Part shown: in pieces, positions 39,134 to 49,290 of the stretch
Layout: each line of letters begins with the position of its first letter
Numbering within the stretch: the stretch's first letter is position 1
Position numbers and translations under genes: made by a program
Origin: an uncultured Ignavibacteria bacterium
Lineage (GTDB): Bacteria > Zixibacteria > MSB-5A5 > CAIYYT01
Direction: 5' to 3'
Assembly (NCBI GenBank): GCA_964584025.1
Contig: CAZOYE010000002.1
Location: forward strand, 184,090-248,089
DNA: 64,000 bases
Notes under the pieces: model-generated
Database searches by the model: none
What the model saw: only the letters and a program-made list of their open reading frames with translations
What the model was told of the DNA's origin: nothing

Positions 39134-39772
39134 TTACAACGACTCAAAGGGGAGCGCCTGGCGCAACTCGGGAAGGAAAAGCTGCATGAACTGCTCGGCG
39201 ACCTTCTGACACTCTTCGGCGCTCTTTCCCTGCTGGCTGACCGTCAGACGGATAATAACGGCATCGGTGGGGGATAACAACAGCGAATTGCGGACAAGAT
39301 CGAGTTTGAGCGCATACTCGCTGGTCAAATCACCTGACCGCGTGTGGAACCAGTAGAACATCTGGTCTACCCGCGAGCGGCGCGCAATTGTCATTCGATT
39401 CACTGTGATCGGCTCTTCGGCAAATTGGAAAGGTACCTGCTGAATGTCGGTCAAGACCCAACCGCCGCCGGGGAGGCAGTGGCGGGGTGAGTGTATCTGC
39501 GAGCCATACTTCTGATCGCGGAAATAGCCGACGTACGCGCCTACCGTGATGCCGTCCGGATCGGTATATGTCCGCAGGAGCACTTCGGTAGCCTGCAGCA
39601 CGGCGGCAGTAGCCTCACTGATCGGGTGGTTTTCGCCCTGCCACGCACCGATCTGAAGCGGGACTGCCGACAGATTCGAGGGACGGTCCGGCTCTACCAC
39701 CATGTAGCGCAAGACCGTTGCCATGGCGGCGAATGGCACGAACAAGAGGACGATCAGCCAAAATTTTCTCAC
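39134..39772 (-). CDS. epsI: EpsI-family exosortase-associated protein.
   Basis: Signal/TM N-terminus and EpsI-like sequence, immediately downstream of the exosortase gene and overlapping it by 4 nt (the canonical xrt-epsI pair). Confidence 0.75.
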   Translation of the reverse strand: MRKFWLIVLLFVPFAAMATVLRYMVVEPDRPSNLSAVPLQIGAWQGENHPISEATAAVLQATEVLLRTYTDPDGITVGAYVGYFRDQKYGSQIHSPRHCLPGGGWVLTDIQQVPFQFAEEPITVNRMTIARRSRVDQMFYWFHTRSGDLTSEYALKLDLVRNSLLLSPTDAVIIRLTVSQQGKSAEECQKVAEQFMQLFLPELRQALPFESL

Positions 39773-40737
39773 TTCGGCCCTTCCTCTTTGTTCGTCGTCG
39801 GCTCACCGATACGAAGTATGCTGCTGAGAATCAGCAGACAGACGAGCGAAAACATGAATACAATCGTTCCCGACAACTCATGTATCGTGCCCTCGGCGAT
39901 CTCGCGCGAAACACCGTAGGCGCCGACCGCTGTAACGCAAATTCGGAAGATATTTGCCGCGATCGCAATCGGCACAGTCGCCACGAACAGCGTAACCGCT
40001 TTCCAGGCACGGTTCTGCGTCCAGTAGGCCAGCAGCGCGCCAAGGGCCAGCAGCGTTACCAACGAGCGCAGACCGGAGCAAGCTTCGGCAACCTCAAGAG
40101 AATAGTTGTCTGGAAGGTGAATGACATTACCCTGTCGGAGGTGCGGGATGCCCATCAAACTCAGCAGCCCGGCCGCGACCTTTGAGCCAACAAGCTGGAG
40201 CGGAAACGTCGCGCTGTAGTAAATGACGTAGGGCAGCGGAATCATGAAGAGCAGAAAAAAGAAGGCGAACCAGATTTCCCGCACGAACCGCCACCCGGCA
40301 AGATATAACGTCAATCCGAAGAGCAAGAACACGAGCGACACCCTGACCGTGAAATATTCCATACCGGCGGTGCCGCCGAGAAACAGCAACAGTGAACCAA
40401 GGATTATGGCGAGTCCCCATTTGTTCGTCTCGATCGGAAGATTGCGAAGCACATCGCGCTTCTTCCAGATCAGCCAGGCGCTGATGGGAATTATCAGGAA
40501 TCCGTGCGAGTAATTGTCGTCTGTGTACCAGTCGCGAACCAAATCGGAGAAGACCGGCAAGTACATCAAGATGATAATGATGCCGAGAACGCCAGCCTGC
40601 CACCAAGGGATGATAGGCGCGCCGCGGGGCGTTTGCTCGCCTCCGAACTCTTTCGCCGGTTGATTAGGCACGGGTTTTGGCTGCCACTTCCTTGCGATAG
40701 AATGCGATAGTCTTTTCCAGGCCGTCGCGGAATCCAA
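39769..40737 (-). CDS. xrt: Exosortase (XrtA-like transpeptidase).
   Basis: ...DDNYSHGFLIIPISAWLIWKKR..., catalytic Cys in EVAEACSGLRSL, Arg motif IAANIFRI; 8 TM helices. The annotated start overlaps the upstream epimerase by 74 nt, so the true start may be later. Confidence 0.88.
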   Translation of the reverse strand: MDSATAWKRLSHSIARKWQPKPVPNQPAKEFGGEQTPRGAPIIPWWQAGVLGIIIILMYLPVFSDLVRDWYTDDNYSHGFLIIPISAWLIWKKRDVLRNLPIETNKWGLAIILGSLLLFLGGTAGMEYFTVRVSLVFLLFGLTLYLAGWRFVREIWFAFFFLLFMIPLPYVIYYSATFPLQLVGSKVAAGLLSLMGIPHLRQGNVIHLPDNYSLEVAEACSGLRSLVTLLALGALLAYWTQNRAWKAVTLFVATVPIAIAANIFRICVTAVGAYGVSREIAEGTIHELSGTIVFMFSLVCLLILSSILRIGEPTTNKEEGPK

Positions 40738-41614
40738 CCGACGGCGTGATACCGAAGGTTTTCTTGACCAGGGCTACATCCGCGAACGAGTGCTTGATAT
40801 CTCCGGGGCGCGCCTCCTCAAAACGAGGTTTGATATCCTTGCCGAGGATGGTGTTAAGTTGCTTGAGTAAATCAAGCAGCGTGATCTGATCGCCGCACGC
40901 CAGATTGTACTCACCCGGCGTCACCTTATCCATGCGACAGACCTTGAGAATCGCGTTGACGACGTTGTCAATGTAAGTGAAATCGCGCGACTGCAGGCCA
41001 TCACCGAAGACCACCGGCTGTTCATCCAGGAGCAGAGAGGTGATGAACTTTGGGATGACCGCGGCGTAATGGCTCTTGGGATCCTGATTGGGACCAAACA
41101 CGTTGAAGTAACGAAAGGCAATGCACGGCATGTCGTAAAGCGACGAATAATTCCGGCAGTAGTATTCGCCGGTAATCTTGTTGACCGCATATGGCGAAAG
41201 CGGCGAAGGCAGCATGTCTTCGCGCTTCGGAAGAGTCGGCGTGTCGCCGTAGACCGAGGATGATGAAGCGAAGAGGAATTTCTTGACGTGGTTTCGGCGG
41301 GCGCATTCGAGCATGGTCAGCGTTCCGTTGATGTTCACGTGATTGGCGGTCAGCGGATTCTCCACCGACCGATTGACGGACGGGAGTGCCGCCTGGTGAA
41401 GAACGAAATCAACTCCTCGGCAAGCATCGAGTGCGGTCCAGAAATCGCAGATGTCTCCTTCAATCAGCTCGATCTTTGATTCGATCCCGGCAAGATTCTG
41501 CCGCCTTCCGGTCGAAAAATTGTCAAGCACTCGTACGGATTCGCCCGCGTTCAACAGCCCCTTGACAATGTTCGATCCGATGAATCCCGCGCCACCCGTT
41601 ACCAGATATTTCAT
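40664..41614 (-). CDS. NAD-dependent epimerase/dehydratase (extended SDR, UDP-sugar 4-epimerase-like).
   Basis: MKYLVTGGAGFIGSNIV...; YxxxK active site (YAVNKITGEY). Confidence 0.9.
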   Translation of the reverse strand: MKYLVTGGAGFIGSNIVKGLLNAGESVRVLDNFSTGRRQNLAGIESKIELIEGDICDFWTALDACRGVDFVLHQAALPSVNRSVENPLTANHVNINGTLTMLECARRNHVKKFLFASSSSVYGDTPTLPKREDMLPSPLSPYAVNKITGEYYCRNYSSLYDMPCIAFRYFNVFGPNQDPKSHYAAVIPKFITSLLLDEQPVVFGDGLQSRDFTYIDNVVNAILKVCRMDKVTPGEYNLACGDQITLLDLLKQLNTILGKDIKPRFEEARPGDIKHSFADVALVKKTFGITPSVGFRDGLEKTIAFYRKEVAAKTRA

Positions 41615-41657
41615 ATTCGTTTATCCTCTCCCAGATAAAATACAAGCTCGCATTGAA

Positions 41658-42644
41658 TCACAGAATATACTCTCCGGCGCGGCGCTCGACTCGATTCCGT
41701 TTGAACCAGTCGATGGTCAGCGTCAGGCCGTCATCAAGCGTGATCGTCGGCTCCCACGATAATACCCGGCGAGCCAGTTCGTTGTTGGAAATCAAGCGTT
41801 CCACTTCCGAGTTTGCCGGCCGGAGCCGGGCGTCGTCGCGATTCAGCCGCAGCGGCACGTTCATCAGAGCGGCGATTCGTTCGGCAAGTTGGCCGATCGC
41901 CAACTCCGTTCCTGTGCCAAGGTTGACCGTAGCCCCGATCGCATCCGGTGCTTCAGCGCCGCGGATGATTCCCGCCACCGTATCTGTCACGAAGGTGAAG
42001 TCGCGGGTCGGTGCGGTTGCTCCAAGCTTCAGATCCGTCCCAGCAAGTAGTTGCGAAATGATAGTAGGAATAATCGCCCGCCGCGATTGCCTCGGGCCAT
42101 AAGTGTTAAATGGCCGAATGATCGTCACGGGAAGCCCAAAGCTGCGGTAGTACGACTCGGCAAGCATATCTGCGGCAATCTTCGAGGCCGCGTATGGCGA
42201 TTGCCCGACCTTGGGGTGCCGTTCGTCAATGGGAACGTACTGAGCTGTTCCGTACACCTCGGAAGTCGAAATCGTAACGAGGCGGTCAACACCGTGGTCG
42301 AGGCAACCGGCGAGCACATTGGTCGTGCCGATGATGTTCGTTTCCACGTAGTTGCGCGGATGGACGTACGAGTACGGGATGCCGATCAATGCTCCAAGGT
42401 GAAACACGATGCGGCAATCCTTGATGCTGTTGCGCACAGCATCGGCGTCCTTCAGGTCCCCGGCTACCACTTCCATCTGCGCCGCAGACGGCAGCGTGAG
42501 CGAATCGAGCCAGCCCCGTTCCTCGCGGGAGGTATAGCGCACAAAAGCGCGCACCTTTGCCCCGCGCGCGAGCAATGCTGCGACAAGGTGGCTGCCAATA
42601 AATCCGGCTGCACCGGTCACCAGGACTTTCTGGCCCGAGAACAT
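41658..42644 (-). CDS. NAD-dependent epimerase/dehydratase (extended SDR).
   Basis: MFSGQKVLVTGAAGFIGSHLV...YAASKIAAD... Start moved to the internal ATG 42642-42644. Confidence 0.9.
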   Translation of the reverse strand: MFSGQKVLVTGAAGFIGSHLVAALLARGAKVRAFVRYTSREERGWLDSLTLPSAAQMEVVAGDLKDADAVRNSIKDCRIVFHLGALIGIPYSYVHPRNYVETNIIGTTNVLAGCLDHGVDRLVTISTSEVYGTAQYVPIDERHPKVGQSPYAASKIAADMLAESYYRSFGLPVTIIRPFNTYGPRQSRRAIIPTIISQLLAGTDLKLGATAPTRDFTFVTDTVAGIIRGAEAPDAIGATVNLGTGTELAIGQLAERIAALMNVPLRLNRDDARLRPANSEVERLISNNELARRVLSWEPTITLDDGLTLTIDWFKRNRVERRAGEYIL

Positions 42645-42705
42645 ACAAATAGTATATCGGAACTTTTGGCGGTTCGACAGCAATTCTTCGCCGCCGCACG
42701 GGGGA

Positions 42706-43371
42706 TTAACCGAGCTGGGTCAGGCCTTCACGAATGGCGTACTTGGTGAGTTCCGCAATCGAGTGCAAATCAAGTTTGTCCATGATCTGTTTGCGGTAAG
42801 TCTCAATTGTTTTAACCGACACGACCAATTGGGCGGCAATCTCTTTCGTGGTCTTTCCTTCGGCGAGCATTTGCAGGACCTCCCGCTCGCGGGCGCTTAA
42901 AACGGTGTATGCGGAAGTTTCGCCGGTCTTGGCGATGTTGATATAGTCGTTTATCACAAAGTCGGAGATCTTGCTGGAGAGGAACACTTTGTCAACCCGG
43001 CAGTCGTCGATAGCACTGACGACTTCTTCGAGCGCCGAGTCCTTGAGGAGGTAACCGCGCGCCCCGGACTTGAGCGCCTCGATAATATAGCGCCGATCAG
43101 AATGCATGGACAGAATGATGACCTTAATGGAGGGAGCCTCTGTTGTGATCCGGCGTGCGGCCTCGATGCCGTTGAGGTCGGGCATCGTGATATCCATCAG
43201 GACAATATCCGGCTGCAAATCTCGCGCCAGCTTAATCGCCGATTGACCATCTCCAGCCTCGCCGATAACGACCAAATTAGAGTGGGAGTCAAGCATCGAC
43301 CGCAACCCGTCGCGAAACAGTTTGTGGTCGTCGACCAGAAGAATCGTCGTGCGTTTCGCCGTCTTCATCAA
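42706..43371 (-). CDS. NarL/FixJ-family response regulator (REC + LuxR-type HTH).
   Basis: ILLVDDHKLFRDGLR...D...; C-terminal LSAREREVLQMLAEGKTTKEIAAQL. Confidence 0.92.
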   Translation of the reverse strand: MMKTAKRTTILLVDDHKLFRDGLRSMLDSHSNLVVIGEAGDGQSAIKLARDLQPDIVLMDITMPDLNGIEAARRITTEAPSIKVIILSMHSDRRYIIEALKSGARGYLLKDSALEEVVSAIDDCRVDKVFLSSKISDFVINDYINIAKTGETSAYTVLSAREREVLQMLAEGKTTKEIAAQLVVSVKTIETYRKQIMDKLDLHSIAELTKYAIREGLTQLG

Positions 43372-44555
43372 GCTTTCACCGTCAGGCGCACTTCGGTGCC
43401 ATCGCGCGAGGATTTGATCTCGACGGAACCGCCGAGATGCATCAGGCGTTCGCGAATACTGAACAAACCGAATCCGCCGTCGGCATCCGACTGCGCCAGG
43501 CGCTCGGTATCAAAGCCGTGACCGTCGTCGATGACATAAACCATCAGCTCGTTGCCGCTGTGCACGACTCTTACTTCTACCATTGTAGCTTCCGCGTGCT
43601 TAAGAGCGTTTGTCAGAAGTTCCTGGACAGCCTTGAAAACGACAACCTCAACTTCATCGCGCATCCGTGGTCCGCCGTTGGCTGTGTGGACGACTACCGG
43701 CAGGTTATGCTTATTGGTAAACTGCTCACCGAGCCATTCGAGAGAAGCGTTCAGGCCCAACTCGTAGAGCACCGGCGGGCTGATCGCAAAAGTCAGCGAG
43801 CGCGTGTACTGGATCGTCTGGTCGAGCAACTCGAGGATCTCCACGGACTGGACGTCGCGCGCGGACGCATCCTTGTTATTGCGGAATCCGGCGATCTTCA
43901 TCCTGATAATTGCCAGGGTTTGCCCGATGTGGTCGTGCAGATCGGAAGCGATGGCGCGGCGCTCGCGCGCCTCGGTCAACGACAAGTCAGCGGCCAGGCG
44001 CCGCAATTGACGCTGGTAAGCCTCGATCTCCTGTTGCGCCTTCCGGTACTCGGCAACCTGGTCCTGCAGCGCGAGATTCATCGTCCGCAGTTCGGCGGTT
44101 CGCGCCTGAACCTGGCGCTCCAGGTCATCGTGCGCCCGGCGGATCTCCTCCCGCGCCTGGCGGTGCTGGAGATACATGCGCAGCATTTCGGCTAGCGAGT
44201 TGATGAGCTCCCGTTCTTCAGCCAGGAACGGACCTTCGACGGCCGCCGGGCGCTCGTCATTGTAGTAAACCTCGATCAAGCCGCGCACGCCGTTGCGCGT
44301 GACAAACTGAGACTGCTGCATCCAGGGGCTGGTGTGGAAGCCCTCCGTGCGGACTTCGATATCGCCGATGGTGATCCGGGCCGAGGTAGTTTCGGGGTAT
44401 TGCCACGCCTGCGGCAAGAGATTGACGAGTTCAGTAAGCAGCTCCGAGACGGGACAGATGTCGTCCTGGAGCAGACGCGCTGTGCGATGCAGCGTGTCCA
44501 GCTCTTTGATGCGTTCGCCAAGATTCTGGCGCAGTCGGGATACAAAGTCGTGCAT
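43368..44555 (-). CDS. Sensor histidine kinase (HisKA_3 / HATPase_c) with a cytoplasmic N-terminal sensor region.
   Basis: H-box DLHDHIGQTL; coiled coil; ATPase motifs; no TM helices. 4-nt overlap with the response regulator. Confidence 0.88.
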   Translation of the reverse strand: MHDFVSRLRQNLGERIKELDTLHRTARLLQDDICPVSELLTELVNLLPQAWQYPETTSARITIGDIEVRTEGFHTSPWMQQSQFVTRNGVRGLIEVYYNDERPAAVEGPFLAEERELINSLAEMLRMYLQHRQAREEIRRAHDDLERQVQARTAELRTMNLALQDQVAEYRKAQQEIEAYQRQLRRLAADLSLTEARERRAIASDLHDHIGQTLAIIRMKIAGFRNNKDASARDVQSVEILELLDQTIQYTRSLTFAISPPVLYELGLNASLEWLGEQFTNKHNLPVVVHTANGGPRMRDEVEVVVFKAVQELLTNALKHAEATMVEVRVVHSGNELMVYVIDDGHGFDTERLAQSDADGGFGLFSIRERLMHLGGSVEIKSSRDGTEVRLTVKA

Positions 44556-44631
44556 AGTCGATCATGAAACAGGGGCACAGAATGCTGTGCCCCTGCGGCC
44601 TATCAGATGGCAACGTCGCTACGCCGCCGGA

Positions 44632-46920
44632 TTACTTAACGCCAATAGCTGACGAATCTACCGGAAGTTCTACGGTCATGCGGCCCGCTTCGACGGTAGC
44701 CAGGGCTGCCATGACGACCACCTGATCCACATCGTTGGAGCGATGCAGCACGTGCACCGGTTTCTTCATTCCCATCAGGATCGGTCCGATCGGGTCCGCA
44801 CCGCCCAGCTTGACCATCAGCTTGTAGGCGATGTTGCCGGCAGCCAGGTCGGGGAAAATCAGAACATTGGCCTGCTCCTGCAGACGGCTGAACGGGAAAT
44901 GCGTCTTGAGAATCTCGACATCGGTCGCGGTATCAGATTGCATGTCGCCGTCTACTACCAGGTCCGGGTACTCGCGGTGCAGAATCTCAACTGCTTTCTG
45001 CACCTTGTTAACTAACGGATGCTTGACGGAGCCGAAATTTGAGAAGGAGAGCAGAGCGCATTTCGGTTCGAGGCCGAAGCGCCGCGCCGCCTCGGCGCAC
45101 ATGAGCGTGATCTCGACCAGTTGTTCAGGCGTCGGGTCGATGTTGACGGTGGTATCTCCGAAGAAATACAACTTGTTCTTGATGATAAGAACGAACATGC
45201 CGCCGACGACAGTGAGATCTTCGCGCTTGCCGATGATCTCCAGCGCGGGACGGATGGTCTCGGGATAGTGTTGCGCGATCCCGGCCAGATAGGCGTCGGC
45301 GTCGCCCATATGCACCATCATGGCCCCGAAGTAGTTCGGGTTGCGCATCTGAATTCGCGCATCCTGCAGCGTGATGCCCTTGCGGTGACGCAGGCGGAAC
45401 ATCTCCTTGACGTACTTATCGAAATTCGGCGAGTTATGCGGATGGACAATCTCAACGCCGGCCAGATCGATGTCGTTTTCAGCGGCAATCTGGCGGATTT
45501 CGCTTTCCTTGCCCAGGACGATCGGGCGGGCAAACCCTTCGTGGTTGACGATCATCGCCGCGCGCAGGATCTTGGGCGAGGTGCCTTCGCTAAAGACAAT
45601 TCGTTTCGGTGCGGTCTTGGCACGATCGATGAGCGTGGAGCGGATTTCACGGCCGAGTCCCAACCGATGCTCCAGTTCGCGCTTGTACTCTTCAATGTCG
45701 ATCTGCCGACGCGCAACGCCGGAGTCCATGGCGGCCTGGGCAACGGCGGAGGCTTCCCACAACAAGACGCGCGGGTCAAACGGCTTGGGAATTATGTACT
45801 GGCGGCTAAACTTGAAGCTGGAGACGCCATAGGCGCGGGCGACCGCATCGGGCACGTCTTCCTTCGCCAAAGTGGCCAGGGCGCGCACCGCCGCAATCTT
45901 CATCTTTTCATTAATCTTGCTGGCGTGCACATCGAGCGCGCCGCGGAAGATGAACGGAAAGCCGAGCACGTTGTTTACCTGATTGGGATAATCGGAACGG
46001 CCGGTCGCCATGATGATGTCCTTGCGGACTGATACCGCGTCCGGATAAGTGATTTCCGGATCGGGGTTAGCCATTGCAAAGATGATCGGATCCTTCGCCA
46101 TGCTCTTCACCATTTCTTTGGTGACCTGGTCCTTGACCGACACGCCGACAAACACGTCGGCATCAACCATGGCCTCTTCAAGCGTGTGGCGTTCGGTCTT
46201 TCGCACGAATAACGCTTTGTACTTATTCCAATTGTCTCCACGCCCTTCGTACATGACGCCTTTGCTGTCGGCCATCAGGACGTTTTCCGGCTTGACGCCG
46301 AGTGACAGATAGAGTTTCGCGCAGGCAATACCGGCAGCGCCGGCGCCGCAGAACACGACTCGCACCTTGTCGATTTCCTTGCCGGCCAGTTCAAGGGCGT
46401 TAAGCAATGCCGCTCCGGAAATGATCGCCGTGCCGTGCTGGTCGTCGTGGAAAACCGGAATCCCGAGCGTGCGAATGCATTCCTCTTCGATTTGGAAACA
46501 TTCCGGGGCCTTGATGTCCTCGAGGTTGATTCCGCCAAAGGTCGGTTCGAGAATCTGGCAGGTTCTGATGATCTCTTCCGGGTTCTCCGTGTTCAATTCA
46601 ATGTCAAAGACATCGATGTCGGCGAAGCGTTTGAAGAGCACACCTTTGCCTTCCATGACCGGTTTGCCGGCCAATGCACCAATATTACCGAGGCCGAGAA
46701 CGGCGGTACCATTGGAAACAACCGCCACCAGGTTACCCTTGGCCGTATAGAGGTATGCATCAGAAGGATTTTTCTCAATCTCCAGACAAGGCTGCGCAAC
46801 GCCCGGCGTATAGGCCATGGAAAGGTCGCGTTGAGTGACGCACGGCTTAGTCGGGACTACCTCGATCTTGCCGCGACGCCCCACGGAGTGGTATTGTAAG
46901 GCTTCTTCTCGTTTAATCAC
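44632..46920 (-). CDS. maeB: NADP-dependent malic enzyme (malic enzyme domain + phosphate acetyltransferase-like domain).
   Basis: Full-length MaeB-type architecture (...[33 protein letters not shown]... plus a C-terminal PTA-like domain). Confidence 0.95.
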   Translation of the reverse strand: MIKREEALQYHSVGRRGKIEVVPTKPCVTQRDLSMAYTPGVAQPCLEIEKNPSDAYLYTAKGNLVAVVSNGTAVLGLGNIGALAGKPVMEGKGVLFKRFADIDVFDIELNTENPEEIIRTCQILEPTFGGINLEDIKAPECFQIEEECIRTLGIPVFHDDQHGTAIISGAALLNALELAGKEIDKVRVVFCGAGAAGIACAKLYLSLGVKPENVLMADSKGVMYEGRGDNWNKYKALFVRKTERHTLEEAMVDADVFVGVSVKDQVTKEMVKSMAKDPIIFAMANPDPEITYPDAVSVRKDIIMATGRSDYPNQVNNVLGFPFIFRGALDVHASKINEKMKIAAVRALATLAKEDVPDAVARAYGVSSFKFSRQYIIPKPFDPRVLLWEASAVAQAAMDSGVARRQIDIEEYKRELEHRLGLGREIRSTLIDRAKTAPKRIVFSEGTSPKILRAAMIVNHEGFARPIVLGKESEIRQIAAENDIDLAGVEIVHPHNSPNFDKYVKEMFRLRHRKGITLQDARIQMRNPNYFGAMMVHMGDADAYLAGIAQHYPETIRPALEIIGKREDLTVVGGMFVLIIKNKLYFFGDTTVNIDPTPEQLVEITLMCAEAARRFGLEPKCALLSFSNFGSVKHPLVNKVQKAVEILHREYPDLVVDGDMQSDTATDVEILKTHFPFSRLQEQANVLIFPDLAAGNIAYKLMVKLGGADPIGPILMGMKKPVHVLHRSNDVDQVVVMAALATVEAGRMTVELPVDSSAIGVK

Positions 46921-47013
46921 AAAATCATCTCCCGTTTCGGGTTTTTCTAACCAGCAAATATAGTAATTGTGATCCAGTCAACCAAGATAAATTGCGGTCG
47001 GAATCGAAGATTT

Positions 47014-47029
47014 TGTGCAAATTTTCACA
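47014..47029. promoter_or_regulatory. CRP/FNR-type palindrome in the divergent maeB / hypothetical-gene promoter region.
   Basis: TGTGC-AAATTT-TCACA (9/10 match to TGTGA-N6-TCACA), about 95 bp upstream of the maeB start codon and about 105 bp upstream of the 47133 ATG. Confidence 0.35.
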
Positions 47030-47132
47030 ATCTTGTGCTCATTCAGCCGCGCTCGAATCCGCTTGCCGCCTTGTATTTAAGCCGACATTTTGTATTAAGA
47101 GACATCCAAGACACCATTTGCAGGTTGGTAAG

Positions 47133-48839
47133 ATGAGTACAATGTCTGTTCAACGCCTCGAGGAGATCCGCGCGCAGTTCGGCGGCGACGTTGCCCGCGA
47201 GAAAATCGCTCTGATCAGTACTCTGAGGGCAGCAAGACTCCAGACCATGAACCTCCTGCAATCCTATCATGAATCACTTTGTTATCTCAGAGCTTACGCC
47301 GACAACGCCGCGGTGCTGCGATTAGTCGATGACGAGTTGGATCGCTTCAAAGCGCGCCTTCGCCAAGTGCGAAAGCCCCTCTCCAAAACCGCAAGACGTG
47401 CCCTGGAGAGAAGCGGCATTGTCGGGACCAGATTCACTCATGATTTTGGGCTGCAAATGGTTAAATGGGCGCTGGCCCGTTTTCCCGACTCGGTTGACCT
47501 TGATGAATCCGAACTCGGTAAACTCAAAACTGATCCTATCCTTGACCTGCTGCCGGTCCTTGTTACCTGGATGGAAAACGACGCGGTTGATGATCCGTAT
47601 GTCATGACCGCGGATATTCGCTCTTTGGATAACGGTAAGAAACGCGTCTCGTCTCTGAGGTGGTTTCTTGACCTCTTCGAGCGACTGCCCGGCAATGCTA
47701 GTCTCAAGAGGCTGCTGTTCGACAAGGTGGCTTTTCCGATCCGCGTCGATGTAGCGAATCAGCCGTTCGCGCGGACAAATAGCCGGGTGCCGGTAGCCGA
47801 ATACTTTTACCAGCAGCACCCCCTCGACCGTAGTTATCCCGATCTTCGTCACGAGATTCGGCGCAAAACTCTCTCGCCGCGACGGCTCGACATAGCGGCA
47901 GGTCGGGTGGTCATCGATCGAGCCAGGATGGCGTTGTTCGTGCGTCGCCGCGAGTTGTGGCCGCTCTCATTCGCGAACGAACAAGAGGTCTGGTCGGCGG
48001 GAATCGGGCATGGAACCACCATCTATCTCATCGGCATGGTGCCGGAGGCGCGATTACCGCTTGAGGCCAATTACTCAGCCCTGCTGGTGCGCAATGGTGT
48101 TCCCATCGGCTACGGTGTGGCGGCAATGGTTGGTGAGCGCCTGGAACTGGCGATCAACATCTTCGACACGTTCCGGCGCTGCGAGGCGGCGTTCATCTAC
48201 ACGAATTTTCTGAAGATGTTGTACCAGTTGTTCGGATGCGACTATCTAATCGTCCGGCGCTACCAGGTTGGTTACGACAACCCCGAAGGTCTTGAATCGG
48301 GTGCCTACTGGTTCTATTACAAACTGGGATTTCGCTCGCTGGATGCTGGATTGCGGAGACTCGCAGAAGTTGAAGCACGGAAGATACGATCGCAGCGCAG
48401 TTATCGAACACCGGTGTCAGTTCTCAAGCAGCTTGCCGATTCCGATCTTTGCCTGAATCTTAGCCGGCCGAGCGATTACGCTGATCGAGATTATGCCCTG
48501 GGGCAAATTGCTCTGGTACAGACCCGGTACATCTCCACACACTACTGGGGAGACCGCAACCGCGCCGAGCGCGAAGCGCCGAAGACCGCCGCCAAGATTC
48601 TCGGAGTGCGCTCGCTGACCGGTTGGACGAAATCGGAACGACTCTGGTTCAGTCGCTGGTCAGTCTTGGTTTGTGCGTTGCATCACGAAGCACAATGGGA
48701 CGCTACGGCCAAGCGTGATCTGCTGCGCATCATCCGCGCGAAAGGCCTGCCGCAAGAGCAGGCTTACGTGAGAGGTTTGTCGGCTCACAAGCGGCTGCGG
48801 CGCGCATTACGCGCGCTTGCAGCCGATTCGCAATCATAG
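47133..48839 (+). CDS. Hypothetical protein (568 aa), no confidently recognisable domain.
   Basis: Long uninterrupted ORF in a coding-like frame. Start set at the ATG 47133 (MSTMSVQ), because the track's upstream extension covers the promoter palindrome. The C-terminal third (..IGYGVAAMVGERLELAINIF...YWFYYKLGF) is faintly GNAT-like. Confidence 0.5.
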   Translation: MSTMSVQRLEEIRAQFGGDVAREKIALISTLRAARLQTMNLLQSYHESLCYLRAYADNAAVLRLVDDELDRFKARLRQVRKPLSKTARRALERSGIVGTRFTHDFGLQMVKWALARFPDSVDLDESELGKLKTDPILDLLPVLVTWMENDAVDDPYVMTADIRSLDNGKKRVSSLRWFLDLFERLPGNASLKRLLFDKVAFPIRVDVANQPFARTNSRVPVAEYFYQQHPLDRSYPDLRHEIRRKTLSPRRLDIAAGRVVIDRARMALFVRRRELWPLSFANEQEVWSAGIGHGTTIYLIGMVPEARLPLEANYSALLVRNGVPIGYGVAAMVGERLELAINIFDTFRRCEAAFIYTNFLKMLYQLFGCDYLIVRRYQVGYDNPEGLESGAYWFYYKLGFRSLDAGLRRLAEVEARKIRSQRSYRTPVSVLKQLADSDLCLNLSRPSDYADRDYALGQIALVQTRYISTHYWGDRNRAEREAPKTAAKILGVRSLTGWTKSERLWFSRWSVLVCALHHEAQWDATAKRDLLRIIRAKGLPQEQAYVRGLSAHKRLRRALRALAADSQS

Positions 48840-48852
48840 TCGCCGGTGTTGG

Positions 48853-49290
48853 CTACCAATTCCTGCCCTGGCCGTGGCCATGACCGTGGCAACCCGAGTC
48901 ATCGTGAGTCCCCTGATGCTGCCCGCGACCACGACAGGCGCGAGCAGGATCGACCGCGACTAATTGATCACCCTTGATCTTGTCAACCAGTGCGCGGACA
49001 TTCGGCGCGTCGGCGTAGTAGATTCTTACCCCTTCGCTGCTGAGGGCTTCGATCGCTCGACGGCCCATCCCTGAGCAGACAATCGCGTCGATGTGGTAGC
49101 GCGCCAACTGCGTCATCGGATGGCAGGTGCCGTGACTGTGATGCGAGTTGCGATTGACAATGATCTCGATTTGACCGGTATCGCTGTTGAACAACGTGAA
49201 ATAGGGAGCGGAGCCGAAGTGCTCACAGACCGTGTCGTCGAGACCGGCAGCACCGTTGGTGGGAATGCATGTCAACATGACACGCCTCAC
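48853..49290 (-). CDS. Dinitrogenase FeMo-cofactor-binding (NifX/NifB C-terminal-like, PF02579-type) domain protein.
   Basis: ...GLDDTVCEHFGSAPYFTLFNSDTGQIEIIVNRNSHHSHGTCHPMTQLARYHIDAIVCSGMGRRAIEALSSEGVRIYYAD... The true start may be the second ATG (MLTCIP, 49278). His/Gly-rich tail. Confidence 0.75.
   Translation of the reverse strand: MRRVMLTCIPTNGAAGLDDTVCEHFGSAPYFTLFNSDTGQIEIIVNRNSHHSHGTCHPMTQLARYHIDAIVCSGMGRRAIEALSSEGVRIYYADAPNVRALVDKIKGDQLVAVDPARACRGRGQHQGTHDDSGCHGHGHGQGRNW

Noticed and set aside
43437-46032. Long plus-strand ORFs inside the histidine kinase (252 aa) and maeB (303 aa) genes.
   Set aside because: They are antisense to well-supported genes and have no start or RBS context or homology.
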